Below, one piece after another: positions 9,276 through 19,767 of a stretch of DNA of 64,000 bases; the stretch's first letter is position 1; each line of letters starts with the position of its first letter. Location of the stretch: positions 60,474 to 124,473 of the IMG/VR virus record IMGVR_UViG_3300028569_002824. The stretch is one strand, 5' to 3'. The notes below the pieces were generated by a model that was not told where the DNA came from, made no database searches, and saw only the letters and a program-made list of their open reading frames with translations. Made by a program: the position numbers and the translations under genes. Origin of the DNA: a virus.

Positions 9276-9944
9276 TTAAACGTTCCAAGCAGATAAAGTG
9301 AATTTAAAGGGATTTTCTTTGATGTTTTTTACTAGATCCAACATTTGTTGAGCAATTTCTCTAATTTCTGTTTGAGCATGTTCGTTGTTTCTCAACTTAA
9401 GAAAGTTTGCAAAACTACGTAAATTGAACATAACATCGGATTGTATTTGCGAGTTGTAAGTCTTAAAAAATCTTGCGGATTCCTTTGCTCTTTTTCTTCC
9501 AAGAACGGGTTCTATGTCTTTAATACATTGGTGATAGAGAGTATTTCCAAGCTCTGTATAATCTTTAAGTATGTTTCTCCATTTATCATCTGCGACCCCT
9601 AAAATATTATCATCAATATTAAAATTAGATTTAATATCGTTCCAATCTTCTGGAATATAAAACTTATTTTCTTTTAATTCTTTATACCTTGCTGACTCTG
9701 CATTTATACTTGCAATGCGGTGTTTCAATAAATGAATGTGGCTCGCAATATCGCAATCAATTAAAAAATGAACAGTTGCTTTTTCAAATGGTGTTTCGTG
9801 TCCATTTTCCCAAAGGTTTTTGATCAGTTTGCCTATTCTTAATTTTTTTTCCTCTGTTAATTCTCTAGATGTAGAAGTCCACGCTGAACAAGCAATAACC
9901 TCATCAGATCCATAATACCCCAATAGTTCTACGTTATTTTTCAT
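9276..9944 (-). CDS. thyX: FAD-dependent thymidylate synthase
   Basis: GHETPFE, KHRIASINAESARY (ThyX motif), NLRSFANFLKLR, HAQTEIR; ATG at 9944 preferred. Confidence 0.92.
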   Translation of the reverse strand: MKNNVELLGYYGSDEVIACSAWTSTSRELTEEKKLRIGKLIKNLWENGHETPFEKATVHFLIDCDIASHIHLLKHRIASINAESARYKELKENKFYIPEDWNDIKSNFNIDDNILGVADDKWRNILKDYTELGNTLYHQCIKDIEPVLGRKRAKESARFFKTYNSQIQSDVMFNLRSFANFLKLRNNEHAQTEIREIAQQMLDLVKNIKENPFKFTLSAWNV

Positions 9945-10092
9945 TATATTCGTCTCGCAAGCCATACTGCATCCACAATTCTTTATCCACTTCAATATCT
10001 CGCACGTATTGTTTAGATTTGTTTTCTAATCGTAAAAAATATTTGTCTCCAAACAAGTTGGTTCGTATTAGTTTATCGATTATTTTTTCCAT
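9934..10092 (-). CDS. small hypothetical protein (52 aa)
   Basis: Hand-translated MEKIIDKLIRTNLFGDKY...; overlaps the thyX start. Confidence 0.55.
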   Translation of the reverse strand: MEKIIDKLIRTNLFGDKYFLRLENKSKQYVRDIEVDKELWMQYGLRDEYNEK

Positions 10093-10153
10093 TTATTAAA
10101 AGTGATTTTGATGTTCAAGAATAATTACGTATTTGATGGGTTTGTTGTTTTTA

Positions 10154-10411
10154 TCATTCAACTTTCCATCCCCACCTTAGATCAAACCACGCGTGCTCTT
10201 TTTCCAACATTTGCTTGTTAAATTTAAGATCTTTTTTGCCCTCTGTGATAAACCATTGTTTAAAATCCGCAGATTGGTCTGCTGACCAGCACTTTTGATT
10301 GTACCAGTCTTCATGCTGTTTAGTAAATTCCTCATTAAAAGTATCAAATCCAACATAAGTGAACATCTTATCCAACGCCTTTTTTACAAATTTATCAAAT
10401 TTATTTCTCAT
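10154..10411 (-). CDS. hypothetical protein
   Basis: 85 aa ORF with its own promoter. Confidence 0.7.
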   Translation of the reverse strand: MRNKFDKFVKKALDKMFTYVGFDTFNEEFTKQHEDWYNQKCWSADQSADFKQWFITEGKKDLKFNKQMLEKEHAWFDLRWGWKVE

Positions 10412-10417
10412 TTGTAA

Positions 10418-10445
10418 ATATTAACTCATCAACAGAAAATGTCAA
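10418..10445 (-). promoter_or_regulatory. sigma70-like promoter
   Basis: TTGACA-16-TAATAT, 6 nt before ATG. Confidence 0.65.
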
Positions 10446-10492
10446 ATATTTTTTTTTTGTTTGTTGTTTAATAAATTGATGTGCGCGTGTTA

Positions 10493-10759
10493 TCAAATAT
10501 TCCAAATCATTGAAGACACCGTATCTCCACATTGGTCGCAAGGTTCTGGATCGCACTCATAAAAATCATATTGGAAAAGCTTTACTACTTCAGATAATTG
10601 AATGTGGTTTTCTTTAACTTGTTCTTTTAATTTATTTATCACATGATTTATAATCTCTTCTTGTTCTTGTTCTGGTAAATTTACTAAACTTTCTCCGTTT
10701 ACATAAAAACCAAAAGCAGTACATCCTTCAGTTTCTTGAAATTTATATTTAGTTTTCAT
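10493..10759 (-). CDS. hypothetical protein
   Basis: CDQCGD motif; in operon. Confidence 0.65.
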   Translation of the reverse strand: MKTKYKFQETEGCTAFGFYVNGESLVNLPEQEQEEIINHVINKLKEQVKENHIQLSEVVKLFQYDFYECDPEPCDQCGDTVSSMIWNI

Positions 10760-10937
10760 GTTTAGGTTCAGGTTGCAAAATTTTTAACCGATTGTCTGTT
10801 TTTAGTTGATTGTTGATAGGGTTTTGTTTGTTAATAAAATACCCAAATACTATAGCTATTATTATTATTAACCACACAGTCACTCCAAATATTACATTTA
10901 ACCACATCTTTTTCATTACTGTATCTAAATTATTCAT
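10749..10937 (-). CDS. small membrane protein
   Basis: Single TM segment. Confidence 0.55.
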   Translation of the reverse strand: MNNLDTVMKKMWLNVIFGVTVWLIIIIAIVFGYFINKQNPINNQLKTDNRLKILQPEPKHEN

Positions 10938-11163
10938 GTGATACCGTTGAGACGTTTAAGTCATCAGTTGAATATAGTTTTTCTTTATAAGATCTCAAAA
11001 GAATTCGACCATAACGGGTGATGCTTTGTTTAGCATAATCATCTAACCTATCAAAACAACCATCAGCAATTAAACCGCTTTCGTACAAAGCGTGTTCCTC
11101 CATTACCTCCAAGTCGCTTTGGGTTAGCTCATGTTGCAATAATTTATGCTGAAAGTGATTCAT
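10930..11163 (-). CDS. hypothetical protein
   Basis: Overlapping operon gene. Confidence 0.6.
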   Translation of the reverse strand: MNHFQHKLLQHELTQSDLEVMEEHALYESGLIADGCFDRLDDYAKQSITRYGRILLRSYKEKLYSTDDLNVSTVSHE

Positions 11164-11644
11164 CGTCTTTTACTCCGGTATCTTTTTCTTTCCAATAGGC
11201 TTCTAGTGATTCGTCACAAGCAACATACCCATCTTTCCTAGCTTGTTCATAAGATAGAGTTCTGTACCAACCACCTCGTTTGCAGGATTCTCCATGTTTT
11301 CCGGTTACTTCACAAGTATATGCAGACCTTCTTTCTGCTTGGTCAATAATATCATTAAGAATATCACTTTCGATATTGTCTGCATTATTGATGGTTGTAT
11401 AGAAGGATAGAGTCCCAAACTTTTCTTTAATCTGATTTGCTACAACCTGTACTTGCATTCCACTTCTATAAAAACAGAGATCACAGAAATATTGCATTTT
11501 TCCCATGCATTCATCAAGAAGGTTATACCATCCATCATCACATTCCATTCCCCATGCCATACAAGTTTGCGTCTTATCTCCTTTATAGTCTCTGAGAATT
11601 TTAGGATATTTTTTAACGAGTTCTAGTTCTAGTTCTTCTTTCAT
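11144..11644 (-). CDS. conserved phage hypothetical protein
   Basis: ECDDGWY, QIKEKFGTLSFY and TCEVTG motifs typical of a widespread phage family. Confidence 0.75.
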   Translation of the reverse strand: MKEELELELVKKYPKILRDYKGDKTQTCMAWGMECDDGWYNLLDECMGKMQYFCDLCFYRSGMQVQVVANQIKEKFGTLSFYTTINNADNIESDILNDIIDQAERRSAYTCEVTGKHGESCKRGGWYRTLSYEQARKDGYVACDESLEAYWKEKDTGVKDDESLSA

Positions 11645-11647
11645 ATA

Positions 11648-11965
11648 TTAAAATCCATCAAAATTGTTTTTTATCATTTCGTTTTCATTTTTTTCTTCCC
11701 AACATTTTTTGTTATAATCCCAATGCCTTGAGTCATAAAAATGTATCTCTAGTTCTAAGCCACAAAAGTTCAGCTTCAATCTAATACCAGCGTGATCTTT
11801 GCCTGTAAGTTTACAGTCAAACTCAAATGAGAGTAAGTTGTAATTTGAAAAAAAGGTCTCAATTTCTAAGTGTTTATTTTTAGATACCTGTTTATGGAAC
11901 GATTTAAGCTTATACCAAAAATTTGGCTTCTTCGTAAAGTTATAAATTGTAAAATTAAAATACAT
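11648..11965 (-). CDS. hypothetical protein
   Basis: DHAG...YDSRHWD motif. Confidence 0.65.
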   Translation of the reverse strand: MYFNFTIYNFTKKPNFWYKLKSFHKQVSKNKHLEIETFFSNYNLLSFEFDCKLTGKDHAGIRLKLNFCGLELEIHFYDSRHWDYNKKCWEEKNENEMIKNNFDGF

Positions 11966-11974
11966 AAAAATAAC

Positions 11975-12187
11975 TTATCTCATTAGATGAAAGGCCTTTA
12001 TTGCATCTGGGTTATCTTCAGAACAATCTTTATACTCTCCGTAATACCACTTGGCTTCATGAGGACCGGTTATGTGCTTTAATTTTACTGCTTTTGGAGC
12101 GCTGTAATCTCCTTCATAACCGTCCACTACTACCAGAGTTTCTGGATCTAAGTTTTGCAACATGTCAATTAATTCTCTTGCTTTCAT
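11975..12187 (-). CDS. small phage hypothetical protein
   Basis: MKARELIDMLQNLDPE...VDGYEG; ATG at 12187 preferred. Confidence 0.65.
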   Translation of the reverse strand: MKARELIDMLQNLDPETLVVVDGYEGDYSAPKAVKLKHITGPHEAKWYYGEYKDCSEDNPDAIKAFHLMR

Positions 12188-12272
12188 ATATATTGGATTA
12201 AGAATACATCTAAACAATAAACAATCAACTTGCAAATTTTTCTGTGTATTTAAATTAACATTTCAAGGCATA

Positions 12273-13937
12273 CTACACTTCCAACGGAGGTTTGTTAGTA
12301 GTTGTCAGTAAGTTTATAGTAGAAGATTCTTTGCAATATTTATTATAAATTAAACGATCCCATTTAGTACGCTCCAAAAAAATGGTTTGTGTCTCCTGGC
12401 TCAGATCAGTAAAGTTTATTTCAGCTAAAGTATTATTAGAATTTTTTGAGATAGTAGCAAATATTTTATCAGCAAGAGAGTATGTTAAGTTGTAACAACA
12501 CGAAAATACAAAATTTAATAAATTGTCTATATGAGATATGTTGGAAATTGTATACTCGTCTAACATAGAGATTGCTGAGTCCACATGAGATTGGGATATT
12601 TCTACCTCATCAGCTACTCCAACCAGCTTTCTGATTAACCAACTATCTTGCATTTCACTCGACATTATATATTCATTAAAATTATTAGAAACAATCTTGC
12701 GCCGTTTACGCTCATGAGAAGAATTGTCACTTTTAAGGTAATTGAAGAATGATATTGTCTTTGAAAAACACTCTCTTAATGCAGCATAAAACATAGGAGA
12801 TGCGTCATTAGTTTTACATATTATTTCGAATAATTTAGACCGGATTAATTCAACTCCTGACGATTCAACGGAAATAGCAAACACAAAAAACTTCCAATTA
12901 TTATTGAATCCCTCTAATAAATTACTCAATAATATCTCTTTAATCTTAGATTCTGAGTTAACTGTTCGAAATTGCTTATTGTCATTAGAGACGCCATTTA
13001 AATCATGTACTAAAAGAGTAGCAACAACAAGACCTCTGTCATTTAAAACGCAAATATGCATCAGATCAGAATGCCTCCACTTGTGTAATTCACAATATTT
13101 AATCATCAATCGAAACATGACAGAGACCGCATACGTGCCTGCACATTTGGGAACATGAACAAAAACAGGAATTTTACGACAATATTCTGTTGAGGAAGGT
13201 TGCAGTGAGTTGTTTAGCGATCTTCTTAAACATTCGATTGCTGATCCTTTGGTTGTATAATTTGTACACTTTGTGTGAATAATTACAGAAGCGGGCTTTA
13301 TATTCTCATGTCTCAAAGTAATATCCATGGGATCAGATATGTTTAATATAAGCTCGCTATCCATGCACCTAGTTTGGTACATATGTTTAATTGACTCATA
13401 ATAAGCAAAATCGTAATTAGTTTTAATTTGCTCCAAACCTCTATTTACAAACACTTGATTTAAATGAGACAAAAACTCGTCTGTTCGGTTGTAAACTGCC
13501 ACTCCGTTAATATGATCTTTGTTTGGATCATTCTGAAAGGATGCATTTCCAAAATAACGAGATCCGTATATAAACCATTTATCTCCAGGGAGCTGACTTA
13601 ATTTTTCATTAATGTATTTATCAAACCCGTGTATCAATATACAATCAGATTCTAATACCAACACCCGTTTATATTCTTTTGTCTTATAATTCATTAAAAA
13701 ATGAAATATACGAGTAGTTGGATTAATTACATTGGAGTCATCAATGATAACAAAGTTAACAACAGAAGACATTCCAATTAACTTATTATAATATTCAGGG
13801 GTATATGTTAATTCATCTAAAAAAACGTATATGCTAATTTCTGTTACCAATGAATGGAGAATGCGGTTGATTAAGTCAAATAAACGACCATCCACCAATT
13901 CTTTATGATACGATTGAATAAATATTGCTTCGATCAT
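12273..13937 (-). CDS. GT-A-like domain fused to a sulfotransferase-like domain
   Basis: N-terminal VLESDC and HINGVAVY; C-terminal KIPVFVHVPKCAGT and SEMQDSWLIR, shared with 38562 and 49998. Confidence 0.7.
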   Translation of the reverse strand: MIEAIFIQSYHKELVDGRLFDLINRILHSLVTEISIYVFLDELTYTPEYYNKLIGMSSVVNFVIIDDSNVINPTTRIFHFLMNYKTKEYKRVLVLESDCILIHGFDKYINEKLSQLPGDKWFIYGSRYFGNASFQNDPNKDHINGVAVYNRTDEFLSHLNQVFVNRGLEQIKTNYDFAYYESIKHMYQTRCMDSELILNISDPMDITLRHENIKPASVIIHTKCTNYTTKGSAIECLRRSLNNSLQPSSTEYCRKIPVFVHVPKCAGTYAVSVMFRLMIKYCELHKWRHSDLMHICVLNDRGLVVATLLVHDLNGVSNDNKQFRTVNSESKIKEILLSNLLEGFNNNWKFFVFAISVESSGVELIRSKLFEIICKTNDASPMFYAALRECFSKTISFFNYLKSDNSSHERKRRKIVSNNFNEYIMSSEMQDSWLIRKLVGVADEVEISQSHVDSAISMLDEYTISNISHIDNLLNFVFSCCYNLTYSLADKIFATISKNSNNTLAEINFTDLSQETQTIFLERTKWDRLIYNKYCKESSTINLLTTTNKPPLEV

Positions 13938-16618
13938 ACATTACAGCATTTATTTTTTTTGGTTAGTGAAACAAAATCACCACCTTCATTAGTATCACCC
14001 TCATTAGCATCAACTTCATGAAAGTTAATTTTTACGTATTTTGTGCTATTATCATATCCGTTAGTTAAAAACGCGGTTCTTTTAAAGAATTTAAATTTTC
14101 CGATCTGCTCTAGTCTGTGAATATGTTTGTTGCACGAATCAATTGAATCTTTATTTAAAGCGAGTAAAGGAGAGCTTTCCGTGTTAATTCCATATTTTAA
14201 TTGACATCTTTTTATCTCTTCAATTTCTTGTTGTTGTGTAGTAACGCTTTTTAATTTCAAAACGTTGGTTATAAACGGAAAAAATATTGGATCTACACAC
14301 TCTTCGTCTACAACACATTCGTTACCGTCTAATACAGCCAACTGCTCGAAAATGTCAGTAAGCCCAATGGACTTCTTTGAAAGAGCTTTCCAAAAATTAT
14401 AAACCCCAACTATTGATTGATTTCTAATACAAAAATCAGACGAAAAAAAGTTCTGCTGTTCAATAAACTTGCGTATTCGAGTCAGTATATTCTCCGAACT
14501 AATAAATATACTATCATTTAAGTGTTGAATAAATAGATTTATAGTCAACGCAGACACAGTATTGTCTGGAGCTGTCTCTATTCTTTTACAAAACTTGTAT
14601 TGTATTTCTTCAAATATATTGTTAACTAATAATACAACTCGAAGATTTATTGAATGTTGGGTTATTTTGTTGATAAATGAATCTATATACATTTCTCCGT
14701 TTATAAGAAACTGATCACCCAATAAAAGAATACTTCCGGATTTTGTGTTATTAAACGCAAAATCCAACAGATGCTCATGAGCTTCTGCTTCAGATCCCCC
14801 ACTGGATACTTTTATTTTGTCTACTGTTCGGTTATGTCGGAGAATAGAAGAGCCGTTCGAAAGCATAGTCGTAAATCTAGGGGGTGATACGCCCAACATT
14901 TGAGCTATATCTCTATTCATGAATGATATGTTGTTATTAGCAATTAAGCTGTTCATTAAACTGTTTATTTTTTTTGCTGAATAGCAGATAATGCAAAGAA
15001 TACTTTTATCTTTAAGGCTGTTGGTCGATAATAGTTGGTTATAATCACAAGTTAATTCAGCTATATGAGTCGATTCACTTAATACGTTGTTGTGGTTATA
15101 TACTCCGATGACATCTTCATCAAAGATAAACACGTTTTCAACCGAAGTGTGTTTATCACAAACGTTTGTTGTAATGTTCCCATTAGACTCTCTTTCGACG
15201 AAAGTTATGCTGTTACGTTTAAACATCGTTTGAATTGTATCACTGTTGACGTCCTTGTTATTAATACTCAATGTTCCGTTTACAACGTTATTTGTTACGT
15301 TAAAAAGTGACGATTCTAGAGACAACCGAATATGCAACGACGAATCAGAATTCGCCACAATAGTGTTTTCTGAAAACAAGACTCCTCTGCAATGACCAAA
15401 CGAAGAAAGCAGTGAATTAGAATGATCACAAAACCCACTAATATTAAAATAATTGTTGTAAATATAAGTGTATTTAATTGGGGATTTAATTGGTTGATTA
15501 AAATCATGATCCCATCCAACATAATCAGAAAAAGACACGCTTTTACCGGGAATAAACTGGCGAGCAGCATCCTTTACTCTTTCTCCGTCCCCAATAGAAA
15601 CATTATATCTGACGCAATTATTAGCCGTTCCTCCTAAAAACATAATAAACCCACCAAAATTGTTGGTTGATTTATTTTTTTGTATTAGCAATAAATGGCT
15701 ATTCGGTCCAACAACAATTGCAGTAGAGCGCTTAACTCCATATGACCCACTAATTATATTACCTTCTATTATAATACTATCACAATTGCTCAACGAAATT
15801 CCTGAGGACTCCGACTGTGCACAATCATCAAAAAATTTTCCTGAGTTTGATATAACATTATTAACAACAGAACCTCTCGTTATATATGTTAACTGAAACG
15901 AAGAAGATGTAGTATTTATGGTTTCGTTATTTGTTAGTGTCACATCAGAAAAAACGGCACCGCTTAAGTCAGTCGCCTCGTCGTTAGGTTTGCTGTGGCT
16001 TAGAGAATATACGACGTTGAATAACACAGAATGACATCTAATTCCTTCAAATGCACATTTTTCTATTGTTATATTGTTGATGCAATTGCTGTTAATTTTA
16101 GTTGCAGTAAACATCAATGCTCCAGAAGAGACATTCGATGGATCCACACCATGGAAATACACTCGTTTAAAAATAATTCCAGAATAATCGTAGCTACTAA
16201 TTCGATCGTCATTAAAACTAACACATACGTTGCCTCTTTTAATCTCAAGATTACTGAAAATGACGTTGGAACAGTTTTTAAAATGAACGCTTCGAATTGC
16301 AGTTCTATCGTTTAATCGAGGCATAATAACTGGTCTATTCAAATCACTATCGCCGATTGCTTGATACGAACTAAACGTTATTTTTTCATTTTTTGTTCCG
16401 TGTACGTCACGTAAGACTAACGATCCAACGAAAGTCTGTCCATTCCGCAATAAAATACAGTCTCCCGGTTTGAACGGACAAATTGTGTGATGATCATTTA
16501 CTTTGCATAATGTTTTCCATGCCAGCGTTTCAGACTGGCCAGAATTTTCGTCTGAACCGTAAAGCGAATCAACAAAAAATGTTTGGGCATTTGTTGTGTG
16601 GGCCTGTTGTACTATCAT
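13934..16618 (-). CDS. right-handed parallel beta-helix (pectin lyase-like) protein with unknown C-terminal domain
   Basis: FFVDSLYGSDENSG...AWKTL...PGDCILL start and Asn-ladder repeats. Confidence 0.75.
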   Translation of the reverse strand: MIVQQAHTTNAQTFFVDSLYGSDENSGQSETLAWKTLCKVNDHHTICPFKPGDCILLRNGQTFVGSLVLRDVHGTKNEKITFSSYQAIGDSDLNRPVIMPRLNDRTAIRSVHFKNCSNVIFSNLEIKRGNVCVSFNDDRISSYDYSGIIFKRVYFHGVDPSNVSSGALMFTATKINSNCINNITIEKCAFEGIRCHSVLFNVVYSLSHSKPNDEATDLSGAVFSDVTLTNNETINTTSSSFQLTYITRGSVVNNVISNSGKFFDDCAQSESSGISLSNCDSIIIEGNIISGSYGVKRSTAIVVGPNSHLLLIQKNKSTNNFGGFIMFLGGTANNCVRYNVSIGDGERVKDAARQFIPGKSVSFSDYVGWDHDFNQPIKSPIKYTYIYNNYFNISGFCDHSNSLLSSFGHCRGVLFSENTIVANSDSSLHIRLSLESSLFNVTNNVVNGTLSINNKDVNSDTIQTMFKRNSITFVERESNGNITTNVCDKHTSVENVFIFDEDVIGVYNHNNVLSESTHIAELTCDYNQLLSTNSLKDKSILCIICYSAKKINSLMNSLIANNNISFMNRDIAQMLGVSPPRFTTMLSNGSSILRHNRTVDKIKVSSGGSEAEAHEHLLDFAFNNTKSGSILLLGDQFLINGEMYIDSFINKITQHSINLRVVLLVNNIFEEIQYKFCKRIETAPDNTVSALTINLFIQHLNDSIFISSENILTRIRKFIEQQNFFSSDFCIRNQSIVGVYNFWKALSKKSIGLTDIFEQLAVLDGNECVVDEECVDPIFFPFITNVLKLKSVTTQQQEIEEIKRCQLKYGINTESSPLLALNKDSIDSCNKHIHRLEQIGKFKFFKRTAFLTNGYDNSTKYVKINFHEVDANEGDTNEGGDFVSLTKKNKCCNV

Positions 16619-16652
16619 TTGAGTTTATTTATCCAGTAACGGAGAAAAACTG

Positions 16653-17630
16653 TTATGAAATAGTATTTATAGTAGCATTATATAATTGTAAGTTATTTTC
16701 ATACACTAAGCTAAGTTCTGAATCCCAAAAGCTTGATGTAGCAGAATTTACGTAATTTTTATACTCAGAGCTATTATTCCAATCTTGATTTCTGTCTATT
16801 CTAACTTGAAATACGTCTATTATATTAGGTTTAACATACTTAAAATGAGCAATTGCAAAAACATCTTTAAAAAATTTCAAAAATTGATTTGTTTCACTCC
16901 AACCTTTGTATGCACTTTCTGGAGGCCACCAACACGTAAAGTCATTAGGAAGAATCCAATGCATACCTACAGATAAATGGTGTGTTTTATAAAAATCGTA
17001 CTTAAAAAAACTTTTTTTGGACAGACACACAGATGAAGAGTTTGGTCTTTTTGACCCGTTTGTTATTATGTGGCGAACCCCTCCTTTTACGTCAAGCGAT
17101 CCATCCGGAGCTATTGTAGCACGAATTGTATCTTCTGTAAATTTATGAAAGCAATTTGACTGAGCTGAAAACGGCTCACCTTCTTTAAGAATGTTTTGAT
17201 TAAACGAAGGTGGATAAAAGTCGACGAGAACGGTTTGTGCAATATTGGCGTTAGTGTCTTCCATAGATGAAACGAGTTGTGGAAGCGACATACCATCTTT
17301 AAGGAGTAAAATTTCGTCTATATCAACGACTAAACACCACTTGTCCAGAAGCAAATTATTTAAGATTGAATTTACCCAATCAATTCCAAATTTAGCATCA
17401 GCATAAGAACTGTTGTTGCTGTATACCTCTACATTTAAATTATCTATTGTCATTAAATATTCAACGGATCCGTCACTAGAGTTGTTGTCGATAAAAACAA
17501 AGTGAGTTACTCCTAACTTTTTATAATAATCAATAAAAAACGGAAGCAATAAAAGCTCATTCCAAATGACACATATTAATATTATACTCATGTCGTCAGG
17601 CGCTGAGTGAAATCGAATGGCGGTTTTCAT
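16653..17630 (-). CDS. glycosyltransferase family 2-like protein
   Basis: NELLLLPFFIDYYKKLGV, IDNNSSDGS, WCLVVDIDE. Confidence 0.8.
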   Translation of the reverse strand: MKTAIRFHSAPDDMSIILICVIWNELLLLPFFIDYYKKLGVTHFVFIDNNSSDGSVEYLMTIDNLNVEVYSNNSSYADAKFGIDWVNSILNNLLLDKWCLVVDIDEILLLKDGMSLPQLVSSMEDTNANIAQTVLVDFYPPSFNQNILKEGEPFSAQSNCFHKFTEDTIRATIAPDGSLDVKGGVRHIITNGSKRPNSSSVCLSKKSFFKYDFYKTHHLSVGMHWILPNDFTCWWPPESAYKGWSETNQFLKFFKDVFAIAHFKYVKPNIIDVFQVRIDRNQDWNNSSEYKNYVNSATSSFWDSELSLVYENNLQLYNATINTIS

Positions 17631-17648
17631 TAATTGTTTGTTTGAATA

Positions 17649-18380
17649 TTAGATTTGGGTAACAGGAATGTCGTTTATTGTTGCCAATAATTCAGCACAC
17701 GGTCTTTTATACATAAATGAAGGAAGTACCTTACTATTAGGCTTAAGAGCTGAATGTGGAAATTTTTGATCAATTTTTGTCATGTCGTCTAAGATCTGAG
17801 TTATCTCAGAATCAGATTCGTATAAATTACTCAAGCATTCATGGACGTTAAAGTATTTCCAGCGAACGTCAGCAGTAAAAGTCTTAATGACTTCTGTCTT
17901 CCACTTTTCTATTAAAGCAAACGCAGGTTGTGTGCATACCAAAAACCAGCTTGGAGCTATTCTGTTTCCAGCTATTGGATTTATACTCTTTGTAGAAAAC
18001 CAATAACTAAAAAACTTATTGGAGTCATCTACTAAAGAATTTATAAAATTCTCAAGTGGAAACATTGGATACACACTTGCGTCAACCCAAACTCCGCCAA
18101 ATTTAGACAACAACAGTAACCGCAACAAATCAGACTGACCAGAGCCAATCGGTCGCTCTCGAGCAGAGCATTTCAGTATATCAAAAAATTCAGGAACATG
18201 ATCTCTGATAGTGTTCCTGTTTAATACTCGGACCGACCATGTATCTCCATTGAACGCTTTCCAGCGATCAATACAAAGCTTGTTTAATGGCGGAACACTT
18301 TGATCATACTCTCCTTGATCCCAATACATCCAGATTATTTTATGAGTTATATTGGTTGTAGTAAATGTTGAGTGGTTCAT
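17649..18380 (-). CDS. capsular polysaccharide synthesis / GT32-like DxD glycosyltransferase
   Basis: IIWMYWDQG, SDLLRLLLLSKFGGVWVDAS. Confidence 0.85.
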   Translation of the reverse strand: MNHSTFTTTNITHKIIWMYWDQGEYDQSVPPLNKLCIDRWKAFNGDTWSVRVLNRNTIRDHVPEFFDILKCSARERPIGSGQSDLLRLLLLSKFGGVWVDASVYPMFPLENFINSLVDDSNKFFSYWFSTKSINPIAGNRIAPSWFLVCTQPAFALIEKWKTEVIKTFTADVRWKYFNVHECLSNLYESDSEITQILDDMTKIDQKFPHSALKPNSKVLPSFMYKRPCAELLATINDIPVTQI

Positions 18381-18397
18381 AACAGAAAACGTGATGG

Positions 18398-19018
18398 TTA
18401 TGTTGTTTTTTCAAATGTGTAGTTAAACAGTTTAATATCATTAGCAAATCGTTCTTCGACAAACTTTGCTGTATCTGGAGTATATAACTCAGAATAATGG
18501 ATGTTGCTGTGAGTTGAGTTTAATCTTTTTATTCGCCCTCCATTAATACCAAACAAGTCACACATCAATTTAAAATAAACATCAAGTTCTTCGAAGCGAC
18601 CAATAAAATCGACATCAATATTACCTTTATTATCAGTGAGATATTGAGACGATTGATTGAACACCCAACTCGGAGCAGAATGCACAAATTCTTCAAAAGA
18701 CATATTTTGATCAATTGTATGGACGCTGTGTTTGTTTACTTTAAGATAGTTAAACCACGAAACTACTTTGTCCCACGGGTTTCTGACAAACCCAGCAGTA
18801 ATTACATTTTCGGTTGAATATGTTGTTTTTATAGCAGAAATTGAAACATGTTTACCTTCGATGTTGTGCAATTGAGTATTAGATTTATTTGTTTTAATAA
18901 ATGTCACGTCTTTGCTGTTACAAAAATCCACTAAAAAACGCTCAATCGATGTGGTACCGGTTTTAGGTACAGCAACGTAACAAAATGATAGTTCCTTACA
19001 ATAAATCATATTGTGCAA
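18398..19018 (-). CDS. sulfotransferase family 2 protein
   Basis: VPKTGTTS, VRNPWDKVVS, DFIGRFE. Confidence 0.85.
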   Translation of the reverse strand: MHNMIYCKELSFCYVAVPKTGTTSIERFLVDFCNSKDVTFIKTNKSNTQLHNIEGKHVSISAIKTTYSTENVITAGFVRNPWDKVVSWFNYLKVNKHSVHTIDQNMSFEEFVHSAPSWVFNQSSQYLTDNKGNIDVDFIGRFEELDVYFKLMCDLFGINGGRIKRLNSTHSNIHYSELYTPDTAKFVEERFANDIKLFNYTFEKTT

Positions 19019-19767
19019 ATTATACCTCTGTTTTTATAAAAATTCAATTCGTCCGCTACTAAATTATCTGCTGTCAATTTTAATTTATTAGAGAAAAACG
19101 ACGCAGTATCAAGCATAACGTTGCTGCTTATTAATAGGTTGAGTTGTTCGGGCATAAGTTTATACAGCGACGACGAACATTTTTTTGCATTTAATAATAA
19201 CGGTGCTTTGTCGTTTGAAAATAAATGATCTATTTGTAAATATAAATTTTTTCTCCAGCAAAATTTATAAATTTCTTGAACTGAGATTTTGTCATGAAAT
19301 ACCATATTATCCGGTAATGGACTATCAGGGAGCATTACTACATGTGTTGTACGTTTATTATTATGTTTATTAATTTGTTGACAAAGACTGTCAAAAGATT
19401 CAAACCCAGCTTCAGTTTGATTGCTTGTGCTATTAATGAATTGTTCGAAAGTTAATGTAAAGTCTGTGACAGATCCTTCTGAATTCAAAAACACATATTT
19501 GCTCAAATATCGTGAAACTAAGTTGCAATACGGATTTCTGCCAAATAAAACTAACTTATAATTACTGTAATCAACACCTTCGACTAGCGGACTTTTATAA
19601 AAGGTTTTGTAAATTTTAGAATTTATGTCTAAAAATCTAGCACAAGTATTATTTAGTATGGGACCTTTACTAAGATGGGTTATTATACTCAACAAAGAAG
19701 CGAATCCACAATTCTCATCCCATGCAAAAATTACATTGATTGGATTATTAATAACATGATACGTCAT
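19006..19767 (-). CDS. degenerate sulfotransferase-like protein
   Basis: FGRNPYCNLVS retained, 5'-PSB altered (WDENCGFAS); paralog of 27416. Confidence 0.55.
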   Translation of the reverse strand: MTYHVINNPINVIFAWDENCGFASLLSIITHLSKGPILNNTCARFLDINSKIYKTFYKSPLVEGVDYSNYKLVLFGRNPYCNLVSRYLSKYVFLNSEGSVTDFTLTFEQFINSTSNQTEAGFESFDSLCQQINKHNNKRTTHVVMLPDSPLPDNMVFHDKISVQEIYKFCWRKNLYLQIDHLFSNDKAPLLLNAKKCSSSLYKLMPEQLNLLISSNVMLDTASFFSNKLKLTADNLVADELNFYKNRGIICTI

